A stretch of DNA of 64,000 nt, from positions 43,586,001 to 43,650,000 of the forward strand of contig NC_083236.1 of NCBI RefSeq assembly GCF_032191835.1, in the 5' to 3' direction. The DNA is from Heteronotia binoei (taxonomy: Eukaryota). The notes below the pieces were generated by a model. The model was not told the DNA's origin and did not search any database. It saw nothing but the letters and a program-made list of their open reading frames with translations. This document shows positions 1 to 9,434 of the stretch, one piece after another. A program made the translations under genes and the position numbers. Within the stretch, counting starts at the first letter, position 1; each line of letters begins with the position of its first letter.

Positions 1-16
1 TAATCTTCTCTGTGTC

Positions 17-385
17 ATTCCATAGAATCATAGGATCAGAATTGGAAGGGGCCACATAGGCATATATGAACTGCCTTATACTGAATCAGGGACTCGGTCC
101 ATTAAAGTCAGTATTATCTACTCAGACTGGTAGCAGTTCTCCAGGGTCTCAAGCTGAGGTTTCTCACACCTATTTGCCAGGACCCTTTTTGATTGGAGAT
201 GCCGGGGATTGAACCTGGGTCCTTCTGCATACCAAGCAGATGCTCTACCACTGAGCCACCGTCCCTCCCCACCATCCCTCCTCAGGCCATCTAGTCCAAC
301 CCCCTGCTCAATGCAGGATCAGTCTACAGCATCTCAGTGTTTGTCCAGTCACTGCTTAAAGATCACCAGCGAGTGGGAACTCACC
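17..385 (-). mobile_element. CR1 LINE 3' end, interrupted by a SINE at 61-270
   Basis: CATAGAATCATAG (reverse complement of the CR1 ATTCTATG tail) followed by GGCCATCTAGTCCAACCCCCTGCTCAATGCAGGATC, typical of reptile CR1 3' UTR. Confidence 0.65.
61..270 (-). mobile_element. tRNA(Ala)-derived SINE with CR1-like tail
   Basis: Minus strand reads GGGACGGTGGCTCAGTGGTAGAGCATCTGC...GGTTCAATCCCCGGCATCTCCA (A and B boxes), then body and tail TCAGTATAAGGCAGTTCATATATG; same family as 60188-60400. Confidence 0.85.
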
Positions 386-404
386 CCTCCCCCCCGCAGG
401 TAGC

Positions 405-520
405 TAGGCTTCCCAACCCTCCCGCCGTGGCAGGAGACCCCAGGATTTCCACCCTCTTCCCCTGCTCCCCAAAAAAATGGAAGTGGGGGGAGCGGGGGAA
501 ACTGCACTGGGGAGCATGGT
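405..520 (+). mobile_element. Degenerate end of hAT non-autonomous element
   Basis: TAGGCTTCCCAACCCTCCCGCCGTGGCAGGAGAC resembles the reverse complement of the 8640-8692 terminus of the hAT element at 7896-8692. Confidence 0.5.
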
Positions 521-712
521 GAGCCGCCCCATCCCCATCTTCCAGTCACGCTCCTTTCCCCTTAGATTTGATGGGAAATGATCTCCCTCCAGTTGGATGA
601 GACCTCAATCTTTTTTTGTAAAGAAAAAAAACCGGAACCATGGTCATCGGAGCGGGTTCTTCGGGGACAGAAAACGCAAAGGCACTGCACAGCGCTGGCT
701 GAAAGCGAGTGC

Positions 713-726
713 GTTTCCATGGTGAC
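713..726. promoter_or_regulatory. RFX X-box
   Basis: GTTTCCATGGTGAC matches the X-box consensus GTTNCCATGGNAAC (one mismatch), 25 bp upstream of the ATG of a motile-cilia gene. Confidence 0.75.
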
Positions 727-751
727 CAGCCGAGCGTCTTCTCCAGTTGCG

Positions 752-867
752 ATGATGTCTGCTTGTGGAGACGACGAATTTCGGCCCCGATACACTTTCC
801 ACCACCTCCCTCAAAAAAGCTTTCCCTCCTTGGAAAGCCGGGAGACCCGGAACCGCCTGGTCAAATG
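752..867 (+). CDS. CFAP300: CFAP300 (C11orf70) first coding exon; dynein-arm assembly factor
   Basis: MMSACGDDEFRPRYTFHHLPQKSFPSLESRETRNRLVKW matches the recalled human N-terminus (..[26 protein letters not shown]) at Y-F--LPQK-F-SL-S-E---RL--W. Donor AAATG|GTGCGG splits the Trp codon (phase 2). CpG island and X-box context. Confidence 0.85.
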
Positions 868-1319
868 GTGCGGAGGAGAGCCGGCTAGAGTAGCTTCCTC
901 TGGGGTTGGGGGGAGACGAAACCGTGGTCTGAAATGGAGGATCCATTTTGAGAGCTGTGAGACTGGGGTGGGAAGAGGTCCCCGCTTCAGTCGGAGGTCT
1001 CTGAAATGAAGGGGAACGCTGAGTGGATGGGTTGCGTCAGAAACGCGCCCGTAATGATTCAGCAGGTAATTCCTAATGTTAAAAAAACACTTTTGTAAAC
1101 ATTTTTAAAAAGGTTCTTTGACCATCTTTGCTGCATATTTGTTGTGATATGAAATGGTTGCCTCTTCTGTGTGTCTGTCCTCTTTTTGGGCTCTTTAAAA
1201 AAAACCTGATGAAAATGTCCTTTTTGGGTTGGAAGGTTATGGATATTCCTAGCTAGTAACAATTATTGCAAGTTGTATGTTGTCGAAGGCAGGTTAAGTA
1301 ATATAGTATTGCAGGTTAA

Positions 1320-1624
1320 ATAGCAGCTAGTGCCTCTCCCCAAAATACCCCCCAAGTTTAAAAAATATTGGACCAGAGGGTCCAATTCTATGAGCCCCAA
1401 AAGATGGTGCCCCTATCCTTAATTATTTCCTATGGAAGAAAGGCATTTAAAAAGGTGTGCTGTCCCTTTAAATGTGATGGCCAGAACTCCCTTGGAGTTC
1501 TATTATGCTTGTCACATCCTTGTTCCTGGCTCCACCCCCAATGTCTCCTGGCTCCACCCCCAAAGTCTCCTGGCCCCGCCCCCGAAGTCCCTAGATTTTT
1601 CTTTAATTGGACTTGGCAACCCTA
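1320..1624 (+). mobile_element. hAT (Blackjack-like TIR) non-autonomous element, right-hand part
   Basis: Near-identical to 29750-30027; ends TTGGCAACCCTA. Confidence 0.85.
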
Positions 1625-2552
1625 CAGGTAGCTGATTCTAGGTAGCTAGGCACTGTAGGTCAGCCATCAGAGAGGCCAAAGCCTCCAGTTTTAGTATATG
1701 TGCTGCCAGGCCCTTTTGTGTGTTCACCTGCTTGTTTTAACATATCTGCCATATTGTAATGATTTAATGCCCCCAAGAAAAACAGAATCCATGTGTCTGA
1801 TTGAGAAGTTTATTGCTTCAGTTCTGACTGAGCTGCCCACCTTCTCGCAGATCATAACCCAAACCAATCTCCAGTATTGTGTGTTTTTTTAAAAAAAATC
1901 TGCTGTTTTGCACCTCTGTTTCCCATTTTAACATTTCCCAGGAGACACTCTGATAGGAAATCACTAACATGCTACTTGTGCTCAGCCTCAGTCCTCCAAC
2001 CATTCTTAAAACTCACATGCTTCTCTACTGTAAGCAAAGAAACCCATTTATAAACATACAGATAATGGTATTTATTGTTGCTTTGTGTGGCAGTGGAAGA
2101 ATCTCCTGCTTCCTGAGTGAAACATATTTCACCCCCAGAACACTTAAAGCTTTTTTTTTTTTTTTTTTTGCTTTCTCCACATTCTTGCGGATTGGCTCAA
2201 TAACAGGCGAATAGCTGACTGGGGGAAATTGACGGAAGGATGATTTCTGTTAAATCACTGTGAGTATTTCCACCCTCCATTTCCATGTGAAAATAAAGAG
2301 ACTATGATGAGAACTCCATGAATAATAATAATAAAAAAATCTCCAAACCAGTGTTGGAGTACTTCGTAACAGTAATCACAGGAGAATAGACCTTTAACAG
2401 AGATTGAAAGAGCTCTTGACGAACTGGAAAGTATGCAGGGTTTCCCCCCCCCCCCTTTGCTACAATCCCTATGTTTTACAATGATGGAGTAGTACTTGGG
2501 ACCGGCAGAAAGATGGTTAACGATAGGATGCAAAAATAATATTTCTTACAGG

Positions 2553-2722
2553 CAGGGGTGGAATTCAAGCAGGAGCTCCTTTGCATATTAGACCACACAC
2601 CCCTGATGTAGCCAATCCTCCAAGAGCTTACAAAAAATAGCCTTGTAAGCTCTTGGAAGATTGGCTACATCAGGAGGTGTGGCCTAATATGCAAAGGAGC
2701 TCCTGCTAGAATTCCATCCCTG
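2553..2722. mobile_element. Palindromic hAT MITE (octamer-containing family)
   Basis: CAGGG...CCCTG termini, whole element a near-perfect inverted repeat, 8-bp TSD CTTACAGG/TTTACAGG. Confidence 0.9.
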
Positions 2723-2765
2723 TTTACAGGAATACTTCTGTGTGTGACTGTCCTGGCCTGCAGAG

Positions 2766-2960
2766 CCCAGGCTAGCCCAATCTTGTCAGATCTCAGAAAC
2801 TAAGCAGAGTTGGCCTTGGTTAGTACTTGGATGGGAAACCACCAAGGAAATCCATGTTGTTATGCCAAGGCAGGCAATGGCAAACCACCTCTGAATTTCT
2901 CTTGCCTTGAAAACCCTACACAATTGTCACAAATGGGCAGCAATTTGCCAGCACTTTCCA
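2766..2960 (+). mobile_element. 5S rRNA-derived SINE (5S-Sauria type)
   Basis: GCCCAATCTTGTCAGATCTCAGAAACTAAGCAGAGTTGGCCTTGGTTAGTACTTGGATGGGAAACC parallels the 5S rRNA internal promoter region, followed by GGCAATGGCAAACCACC Sauria/RTE-type tail. Confidence 0.85.
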
Positions 2961-3239
2961 TATCCCCCAAGCGTGATGAGGAGTCCTTCCTTTTCTCACA
3001 TTCCAAAATTATTACATATATGAATCATTCCTGCCTACCATAGCACTTTGTCTCTTCTTTCTCCAGTTAATAAAACAACCCATGTAAACAGGCTAAGCTG
3101 AGAGAGGGAGAGCATGTTTAGGCCACATGTGGAGTTTCATGGACAGGAGAGGAGTTAAACCAGGATCCCTGCCATCCGACTCCTGCATTCCAACCATACC
3201 ATTCCACTGCTTCATCTAGGCCAGCACTGTTTGTTCTGA

Positions 3240-3625
3240 AAAGAAGAGGAGGAGGATCTGAGAGAGCTTTGACAGAACGGCACTTAAGAGAACAGCTCTG
3301 AGAGAACTCTGATTCAAGATCAGTTGACTGCATGTGGAGTACAGAATCAAACCCACTTCTCCAGATTAGAGCCTGTCATTCTTAACCACTACATCAAACT
3401 GAGTCTTATTGAAGCAGCTCTTAGGAGTGCAACTCCAGATTGGCAAATTCCTAGAGCTTTTGGGTGGAGGCTGGGGAGGTTGGGGTTAAAGAAGAAGAGG
3501 AAGAGGAGAAGATTGGATTTATATCCCATCCTTCACTCAGAGTCACAGAGCAGCTTACAATCTCCTTTCCCTCACTCTCCCTACAACAGACCTCCTGTGA
3601 AGTAGGTGGGGTTGAAAGAATTCTT
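3240..3625 (-). mobile_element. Two Squam3/MIR-derived SINE fragments with a short hAT end between them
   Basis: TTAACCACTACATCAAACTG head (reverse complement) at ~3380-3400; GAA-rich tail plus GATTTATATCCC at ~3490-3625. Confidence 0.7.
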
Positions 3626-4214
3626 TCAATGGTAGCCATTTTGTAGTGGTAGCCACTTTTTTGCCATCAAATCAAAGCTGATGGTTTAAATGTATTTATT
3701 TATTCATTATTTTGTTTGACTTGTATCCCACCATTCCTGCTAAGCAGGTTCCATCAGAGGTTAAAGAGTTAAAAACAAGATTGAAATCACAATATAAAAC
3801 AGTTAAAATACAGACTTAAAAGCTCTACCTTAATAGTTATAACCCAGTTAATACAGGAATTTCTCTAATTGTAAAAGATGTAAGCTTTTTATTCTTAATA
3901 GGCTATCACAACTAAGAAAGTTCTTGTCTGTTCTTTTAGAGAGACTTCATATCCAAATACTGTAATAACGATGCTTTACTATCTGCTCTCATGTGAGATG
4001 TGTATTTTTACTAAAACAGTTAACTTGATTTTACTTGTATGTAACTGTTCATAATATTTGGAAATTATTGATGGATTTATACTTTCCCCCTCCCCTTTTT
4101 TCCCTTCTGTACTCCACCTTTTTTTAAAAAAAATTAAAAATCACCCAATCATAGCTGATTTGCAGTGACACCACATGGCTGTCAAGGCAAGAGTTTTTTT
4201 AAAAAAAATACTTC

Positions 4215-4383
4215 ATTTAGCTCATAAAGACAAGAGATGTTGAGAGGTGGTTTGCCATAGCCTACCTCTGCATAGTGAGCCTGGTCTTTGGTGGTCTTCT
4301 ATCCAAGTATTAACTGGGGCTCACCCAGCTTAGCTTCTGAGATCTGATGAGATTGGGCTAGCCTGAACTATCCCAGTCAGGGC
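4215..4383 (-). mobile_element. 5S rRNA-derived SINE
   Basis: Reverse-complement copy of the 2766-2960 family (CTTAGCTTCTGAGATCTGATGAGATTGGGCTAGCC). Confidence 0.75.
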
Positions 4384-5304
4384 AGCACTGCCACTATCCA
4401 TTCTCAAAATCTGAAAATGCCCACTGGCTCAGTGAGATTGGAGACCACCAGTTGCATGATATCCCTCATCTTTTGAGTAAAAGCAACATCTGTAGTCTGT
4501 ATGTGTATTTTGTTTTCAAAGTTTATGATTAAAAGGTTGACTACTGCCAATAGACTGCAAATAAATAAGCAGAAATGCTGGCTATCATGACATCCTTGAG
4601 TCATGTGGTTCCAAATCAACATTTGGAATCATTGCTGTGTGTCAGTTCAGTATTTGGAGCTGCTCAGCAATTCCGCAAGAGATATGTGTCTCCCCCAATC
4701 ATTTTTGGTGCCCTCTGCAACCTCTATTCTGTAAGATTGCCACAATGCATTTACCACACCATATCTGTGGACTGTTTTTCATTCACGAAAGGATGCTTCT
4801 TAATTTCTCCCTGATGGAATTATCTGTGGAATATGACATTCTATTTTGTGAGCTGAAGATGTTTCAAATCTGCAACATGGCCTAGTTAGCTCTGGAAAGT
4901 TTAGGTTTTTTTTCCAAACACAAAATGGACATGGTGGAAGGTTGGCCTAGCCAGCTGCTGGTGTTATTAGAATAATTGCTAATTCTGCATTGAGAACAAT
5001 GTTTTTCTAATAGTTTTTTTTTCCCTGGGGAAAATTAGACATTAGGAAAGTTCAAGCGGAAGAGTATATCACTGCCTCTCAGACTTCCTGCTTTCTGTCT
5101 ATTCTACTGCAGTAGTTCAAATATAGGAAGTGGACAGAAGCAGGTCCTTACAGAAAACAAGACTGCTAATGTTGAGTTGCATAGCATAGTGCTAAGACCC
5201 CCCAAGGACATTTTGTATGATATATGATCTCACCCAAAGCTTGCCACAATGGGGACAAAAATATGTTCTCTCCCTATAACAGAAGTATAACATGTAGAAA
5301 TGGG

Positions 5305-5512
5305 CAGCTGAAGATTTACATGGCACAGGCTTATGGTGACCTCATAAGGTTTGGAAGGCGAGAGATGAATTGAGGCAGTTTGCCATCACCTGCCTCGGCA
5401 CAGGGACCCTGGACTTCCTTGGTGCTCTCATCTGATCCAATACTATCCAGGGTAGACCTTGCTTGGCTTCTGAGATCTGATGAGATCAGGCTAGCCTGGG
5501 CCATCCATGTCG
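5305..5512 (-). mobile_element. 5S rRNA-derived SINE
   Basis: GCTTCTGAGATCTGATGAGATCAGGCTAGCCTGGG head plus TTTGCCATCACCTGCC tail. Confidence 0.75.
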
Positions 5513-5552
5513 GAGCTAAGTAATATCCCATCAAGGGTGCAGTCACACACAC

Positions 5553-6016
5553 TAAAATTGCCAATTCCCAGTTGGGGCTGGGGGATCCCCCAATTGGAGG
5601 CTCTTCCCCCACTTCAGGGTTATCAGAATGTCACCTGGACACTCCATTATCCCCTATAGAGACTGACATAATGGAGAATCAATCTGTGGGTATCTGGAGC
5701 TCTTGTGGGGAGGGTGCTGTTTTTGAGACACCAGATTTTCAGAATAGCATCTGGTGTCTCTCCTCAAAACATCCCCCTTCAAGTTTCAAAAAGGTTGGAT
5801 TTTATGAGCCCCTAAAGAAGGTGCCTCTATCTTTCATTATTTCAAAATAGAGGGAAGACATTGAAAAGGTGTGCGGTCCCTTTAAATGTGATGGCCAGAA
5901 CTCCCGTTGGAGTTCAATCATGCTTGTCATACCCTTGCTTCTGGCTCCAGCCCAAAGTCTCCTGGCTCCACCCCCAAAGTCCCCAGATGTTTCTTGAGTC
6001 AGACCTGGCAACCCTA
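5553..6016 (+). mobile_element. hAT (Blackjack-like) non-autonomous element nested in a Harbinger-like MITE (5536-6124)
   Basis: Internal match to 29520-30027, right TIR TGGCAACCCTA. Left flank GGTGCAGTCACACACAC and right flank 6017-6124 are the two parts of the palindromic MITE seen intact at 38908-39016. Confidence 0.8.
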
Positions 6017-6801
6017 TTTTAAAAGAATGCACTTCCAATCCACTGGATATTGCTGGGTGAATGGGCAAAATCCAGTCGAAAAGTGGATTGAAAGTGCATG
6101 ATTTAGTGTGTGTGATCGCAGCCCAAGTCTCTGTTAAAGAGGCAGGACATTTTTTTCTCTAACTGGTTGGCAACCTTAACATAGCTAGGCATAATCCCCA
6201 AGCCTGCAGAGTGAGAATAGGGACAATCTTAACCTACTTTACCAGGTTGTTGTAAATACTGAAACACAAAAATATCTGCAAAGTGCTCTGAACACTCCAG
6301 GACATTAAGCAGTATTATTTTAAAAGCATTGTTCCACAACTGCTGCCGTGAGGCAAACACACAAACAAATAAATGGAGTGTTACAATATTTGTGCTTGTT
6401 ATAATGACTCCACATTAAAGAAGGAAGAATAAAGGTGGGTGGGATCAAACGATATGAAGGTAAATAGCAATTAGCAGCAGTTTAGTCGCTTGCTGACAAT
6501 TTGCAATGGGGGCTGGGAAGGCAGATAATATAATTCACCATGTTATTAAGGAGCCAGCATTAACTGTTTTCCTTGAGGTCTATATAATTTCACAACGGTA
6601 TCTTTACACATCCTTATTAGCCAGATATTGAAAAATAATAGTCTCCACCCTTTTTTCTCCTGTGCAATTAAGGCTATCATGGGCACCCCTTTCCAAATGT
6701 AATTTTATACTAAAACTAATTTAGATTTTTTTTTGTATCTAAAAAAGCATTCATTATTACAGAACAGCCCCCCTTCCTTTGCTAATATGCAGCTGAACAT
6801 T

Positions 6802-7060
6802 AGGAAAGAAAAGGTCCCCTGTGCAAGCACCAGTCATTTCCGACTCTCGGGTGATGTTGCTTTCACGTTTTCACTGCAGACTTTTTACAGGATGGTTTGC
6901 CACTGCCTTCCCCAGTCATCTACACTTCCCCCCCAGCAAGCTGGGTATTCATTTTACTGACCTCAGAAGGATGGAAGGCTGAGTCAGCCTGAGCCGGCTA
7001 CCTGAACCCAGCTTAGGACTGCAGTACTGCAGCTTTACCACTCTGCGCCACAGGGCTCTT
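6802..7060 (-). mobile_element. Sauria SINE
   Basis: Reverse complement of the 38549-38836 family (CTCTGCGCCACAGGGCTCTT head; AAAGGTCCCCTGTGCAAGCACCAG tail). Confidence 0.9.
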
Positions 7061-7284
7061 TTGAACATTACAAGGATATAAATCTCAACTACCAAACTGA
7101 ACAAGTTATAAGCCCTTAATAGTGTAGCAGTACAATCCTAAGGCCACTTTTCTGTGAGTTAGCTCCATTGAATAGACACAAGTAGGTTTCTGAGTAGACC
7201 TACATAGAATGGCCCTGTAAGACAACCTTGAAGTTAAACTAGAATAGAAGTTATATGCGCTAGAATATGGGAATGCAGAATACC

Positions 7285-7452
7285 CAGAACCGACCCTGCT
7301 ACTAGGTCAACTAGGTGATTGCCTAGGGTGCTAGCCTTCTGGGGGCACAAAATAGGGTGTCCTCATGTAACTCGGTGATGTTATCAGTGCAGGGGGTGGG
7401 GCACCAGAAGTTAGCCTTACCTAGGGAGCCAGACAGTTTAGGGATGGCCCTG
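7285..7452. mobile_element. hAT MITE (CAGGGCCGGCCCT-type TIR family)
   Basis: Perfect 8-bp TSD AGAATACC on both sides; related copies at 15473 and 19200. Confidence 0.85.
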
Positions 7453-7895
7453 AGAATACCTTGATTAATACTCTGGGAGGTCCTGTTTGCAGAGAACACA
7501 TTCTTTCTTGGGAGAGAAGCAATAAATTCCACAGATTTCTGGTTGAGAAGGGATGAGTTTTTCTTTATGGAGACAAATAGACAGGATAGAGATGACCATT
7601 TGCCCACCTACTACCTGGGGACTGGTAACCCAAGCAATTGTCCTCAAAATGTTCTGTTTCCACCAGAATTTCATCCTCTGCCACTCAGCTGGAGGAGGGC
7701 ACAACCAACAGGAGTAGGAGGTGTCTGGTAAAAGCAGACCTGGCCTTCCTAAACTAAGGATAAGAACTGAATCTTTCTGAGGCAGACCTGCTGCTCTTCT
7801 CTCTATTCCCTTTCTTATTGTTTTGTATGTGACTCCATACTAAAATGTGGAGTGTTCGTTCCATGCTGGGCTCATTGGAGCCTTTAGGACTGAGC

Positions 7896-8692
7896 TAGGG
7901 TTGCCAAGTCCAATTAAAGAAAAATCTGGGGACTTTGGGGGTGGAGCCAGGAGACTTTGGGGGTGGAGCCAGGAGACACTGGGGGTGGAGCCAGGAACAA
8001 GGGTGTGACAAGCATAATTGAACTCCAAGGGAGTTCTGGCCATCACATTTAAAGGGGCAGCACACCTTTTCAAATGCCTTTCTTCCATAGGAAATAATTA
8101 AGGATAGGGGCACCATCTTTTGGGGCTCATAGAATTGGACCCTCTGGTCCAATCGTTTTGAAACTTGGGGGGTATTTTGGGGAGAGGCACTAGATGCTAT
8201 ACTAAAAGTCTGGTGCCTCTACCTCAAAAAATAGCCCCCCCAGGGCCCCCAATACCCATGGATCAATTCCCTATTATTCCCTATGGGAATCATTCTCCAT
8301 AGGGAATAATAGAGTGCCCAGTAGACATTTCCCTCCCCCCCACACACTTTCTAAAGGGAGGGAGAGCCTCCATACCAGGGAATCCCCCTCCCTCTCTCAC
8401 ACACACACAAATACTTACTTGGTCTTCTTCCGGAGAACTGTGCCTGCTGAGAAAACGAAAGCAAAGAAGGGAGGGGCCGTTCTCCGAAGCCCTTCCTGTT
8501 TCCTCCTTCCTGCCCAGCCTTAAAGGGACAGGGATTTTACAAACTGCTCAGGAGCTCTACAACAGGAGCTCTATAGGTATGTTCTCCCCCCTCCACCCCC
8601 CCCACCCCCCCCGCTTCTCAATTTTTGAAGACCGGGAGATTAAGCTGGGAACCCAGAAGTCTCCCGCTAAAGCGGGGGGATTGGGAACCCTA
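7896..8692 (-). mobile_element. hAT (Blackjack-like) non-autonomous element, long variant
   Basis: TAGGGTTGCCA...TGGGAACCCTA termini, perfect 8-bp TSD GACTGAGC. Confidence 0.92.
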
Positions 8693-9308
8693 GACTGAGC
8701 TTGGGGACATAGGAACAATGGGAAGCAGGATCCAAATCTCTGCTTCTCCAAACCAACCGCTAGCCTCCTGCTGGTTCAAATGACCCAATGATGTTCTAGC
8801 GCGAGAACTTTTGGTGTGTATTCAGTTGGCCCCATTGGCCCAGTTCTCCAGTCCTAGTTTTACTGTTGCCATGCTGTAATCATAATAAAAAGCTTCAATT
8901 CACCACAACCAAGCCCCTTCATGTATCAAACCCACTATTTAACACTTATCTCCTGCCCCTGGTTTTGTCAGGGTGTTTCCCCTTCATCTCTACAGGATCG
9001 TATCACACTGTAGGGCTTCATACCAGTATCTGGAAAGAGCTTAGGATGAAAGTCCAGGTAGCGGGAATATGGGGGCATCACTGGAAATGACATAAAGTCT
9101 CTTTCAAGGAAAACCCAGGAAGTGACATCACAACATTGGCCCAACAATGACTTTTCCTCCTTAATTTTTGTCCTGCCATTGCTCTGTACAGCATCAGGAG
9201 GAGAAGATTGCTAGTGGGAGGTCTCTTGCCAGAGTAGGAGACCTGGCAACCATAAAAGAGCTAGGTAAAAAAAAATGTGTGGATGGAATAACTAAAATGT
9301 GACAGTAT

Positions 9309-9434
9309 GGCTTCAATCATACACCTTCAATCCACTTTCAATGCACTTTCCAACTGGATTTTGCCAGTTCACACAGTAAAAACCAGTTGGAAAGTGCATT
9401 GAAAATGCATTATTTAGCATGGGTGATTGCAGCC
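9309..9434. mobile_element. Palindromic Harbinger-like MITE
   Basis: GGCTTCAATCA...TGATTGCAGCC termini with internal inverted CACTTTCCAACTGG/CCAGTTGGAAAGTG. Confidence 0.75.

Larger units (their letters stand above)
600..1050. promoter_or_regulatory. CpG island / CFAP300 promoter and first exon region
   Basis: Visibly the most CpG-dense non-TE segment of an otherwise CpG-depleted window; overlaps the recognised first exon. Confidence 0.8.

Noticed and set aside
192-268. tRNA gene (also 60188-60262)
   Set aside because: The tRNA-like head runs into a SINE body and LINE-type tail shared by two dispersed copies.
578-1009. 143-aa ORF as a complete gene
   Set aside because: Only 752-867 matches CFAP300. 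The upstream part lacks an appropriate start and the downstream part is intron read-through past the GT donor.
1368-1635. Recurrent ORFs MDQRVQFYEPQK.../MEERHLKRC... (also 7840-8152, 29917, 37281, 49752)
   Set aside because: Translations of the same non-autonomous hAT element; frames are not conserved between copies and show no transposase motifs.
2773-2850. 5S rRNA gene (also 4300-4383, 5440-5512, 46940-47010)
   Set aside because: Partial, diverged and fused to a SINE tail; no terminator or tandem array.
4404-4885. Possible ANGPTL5 or CFAP300 exon (IIFGALCNLYS)
   Set aside because: No real match to the recalled ANGPTL5 or CFAP300 sequence beyond GALC, and no consistent splice sites.
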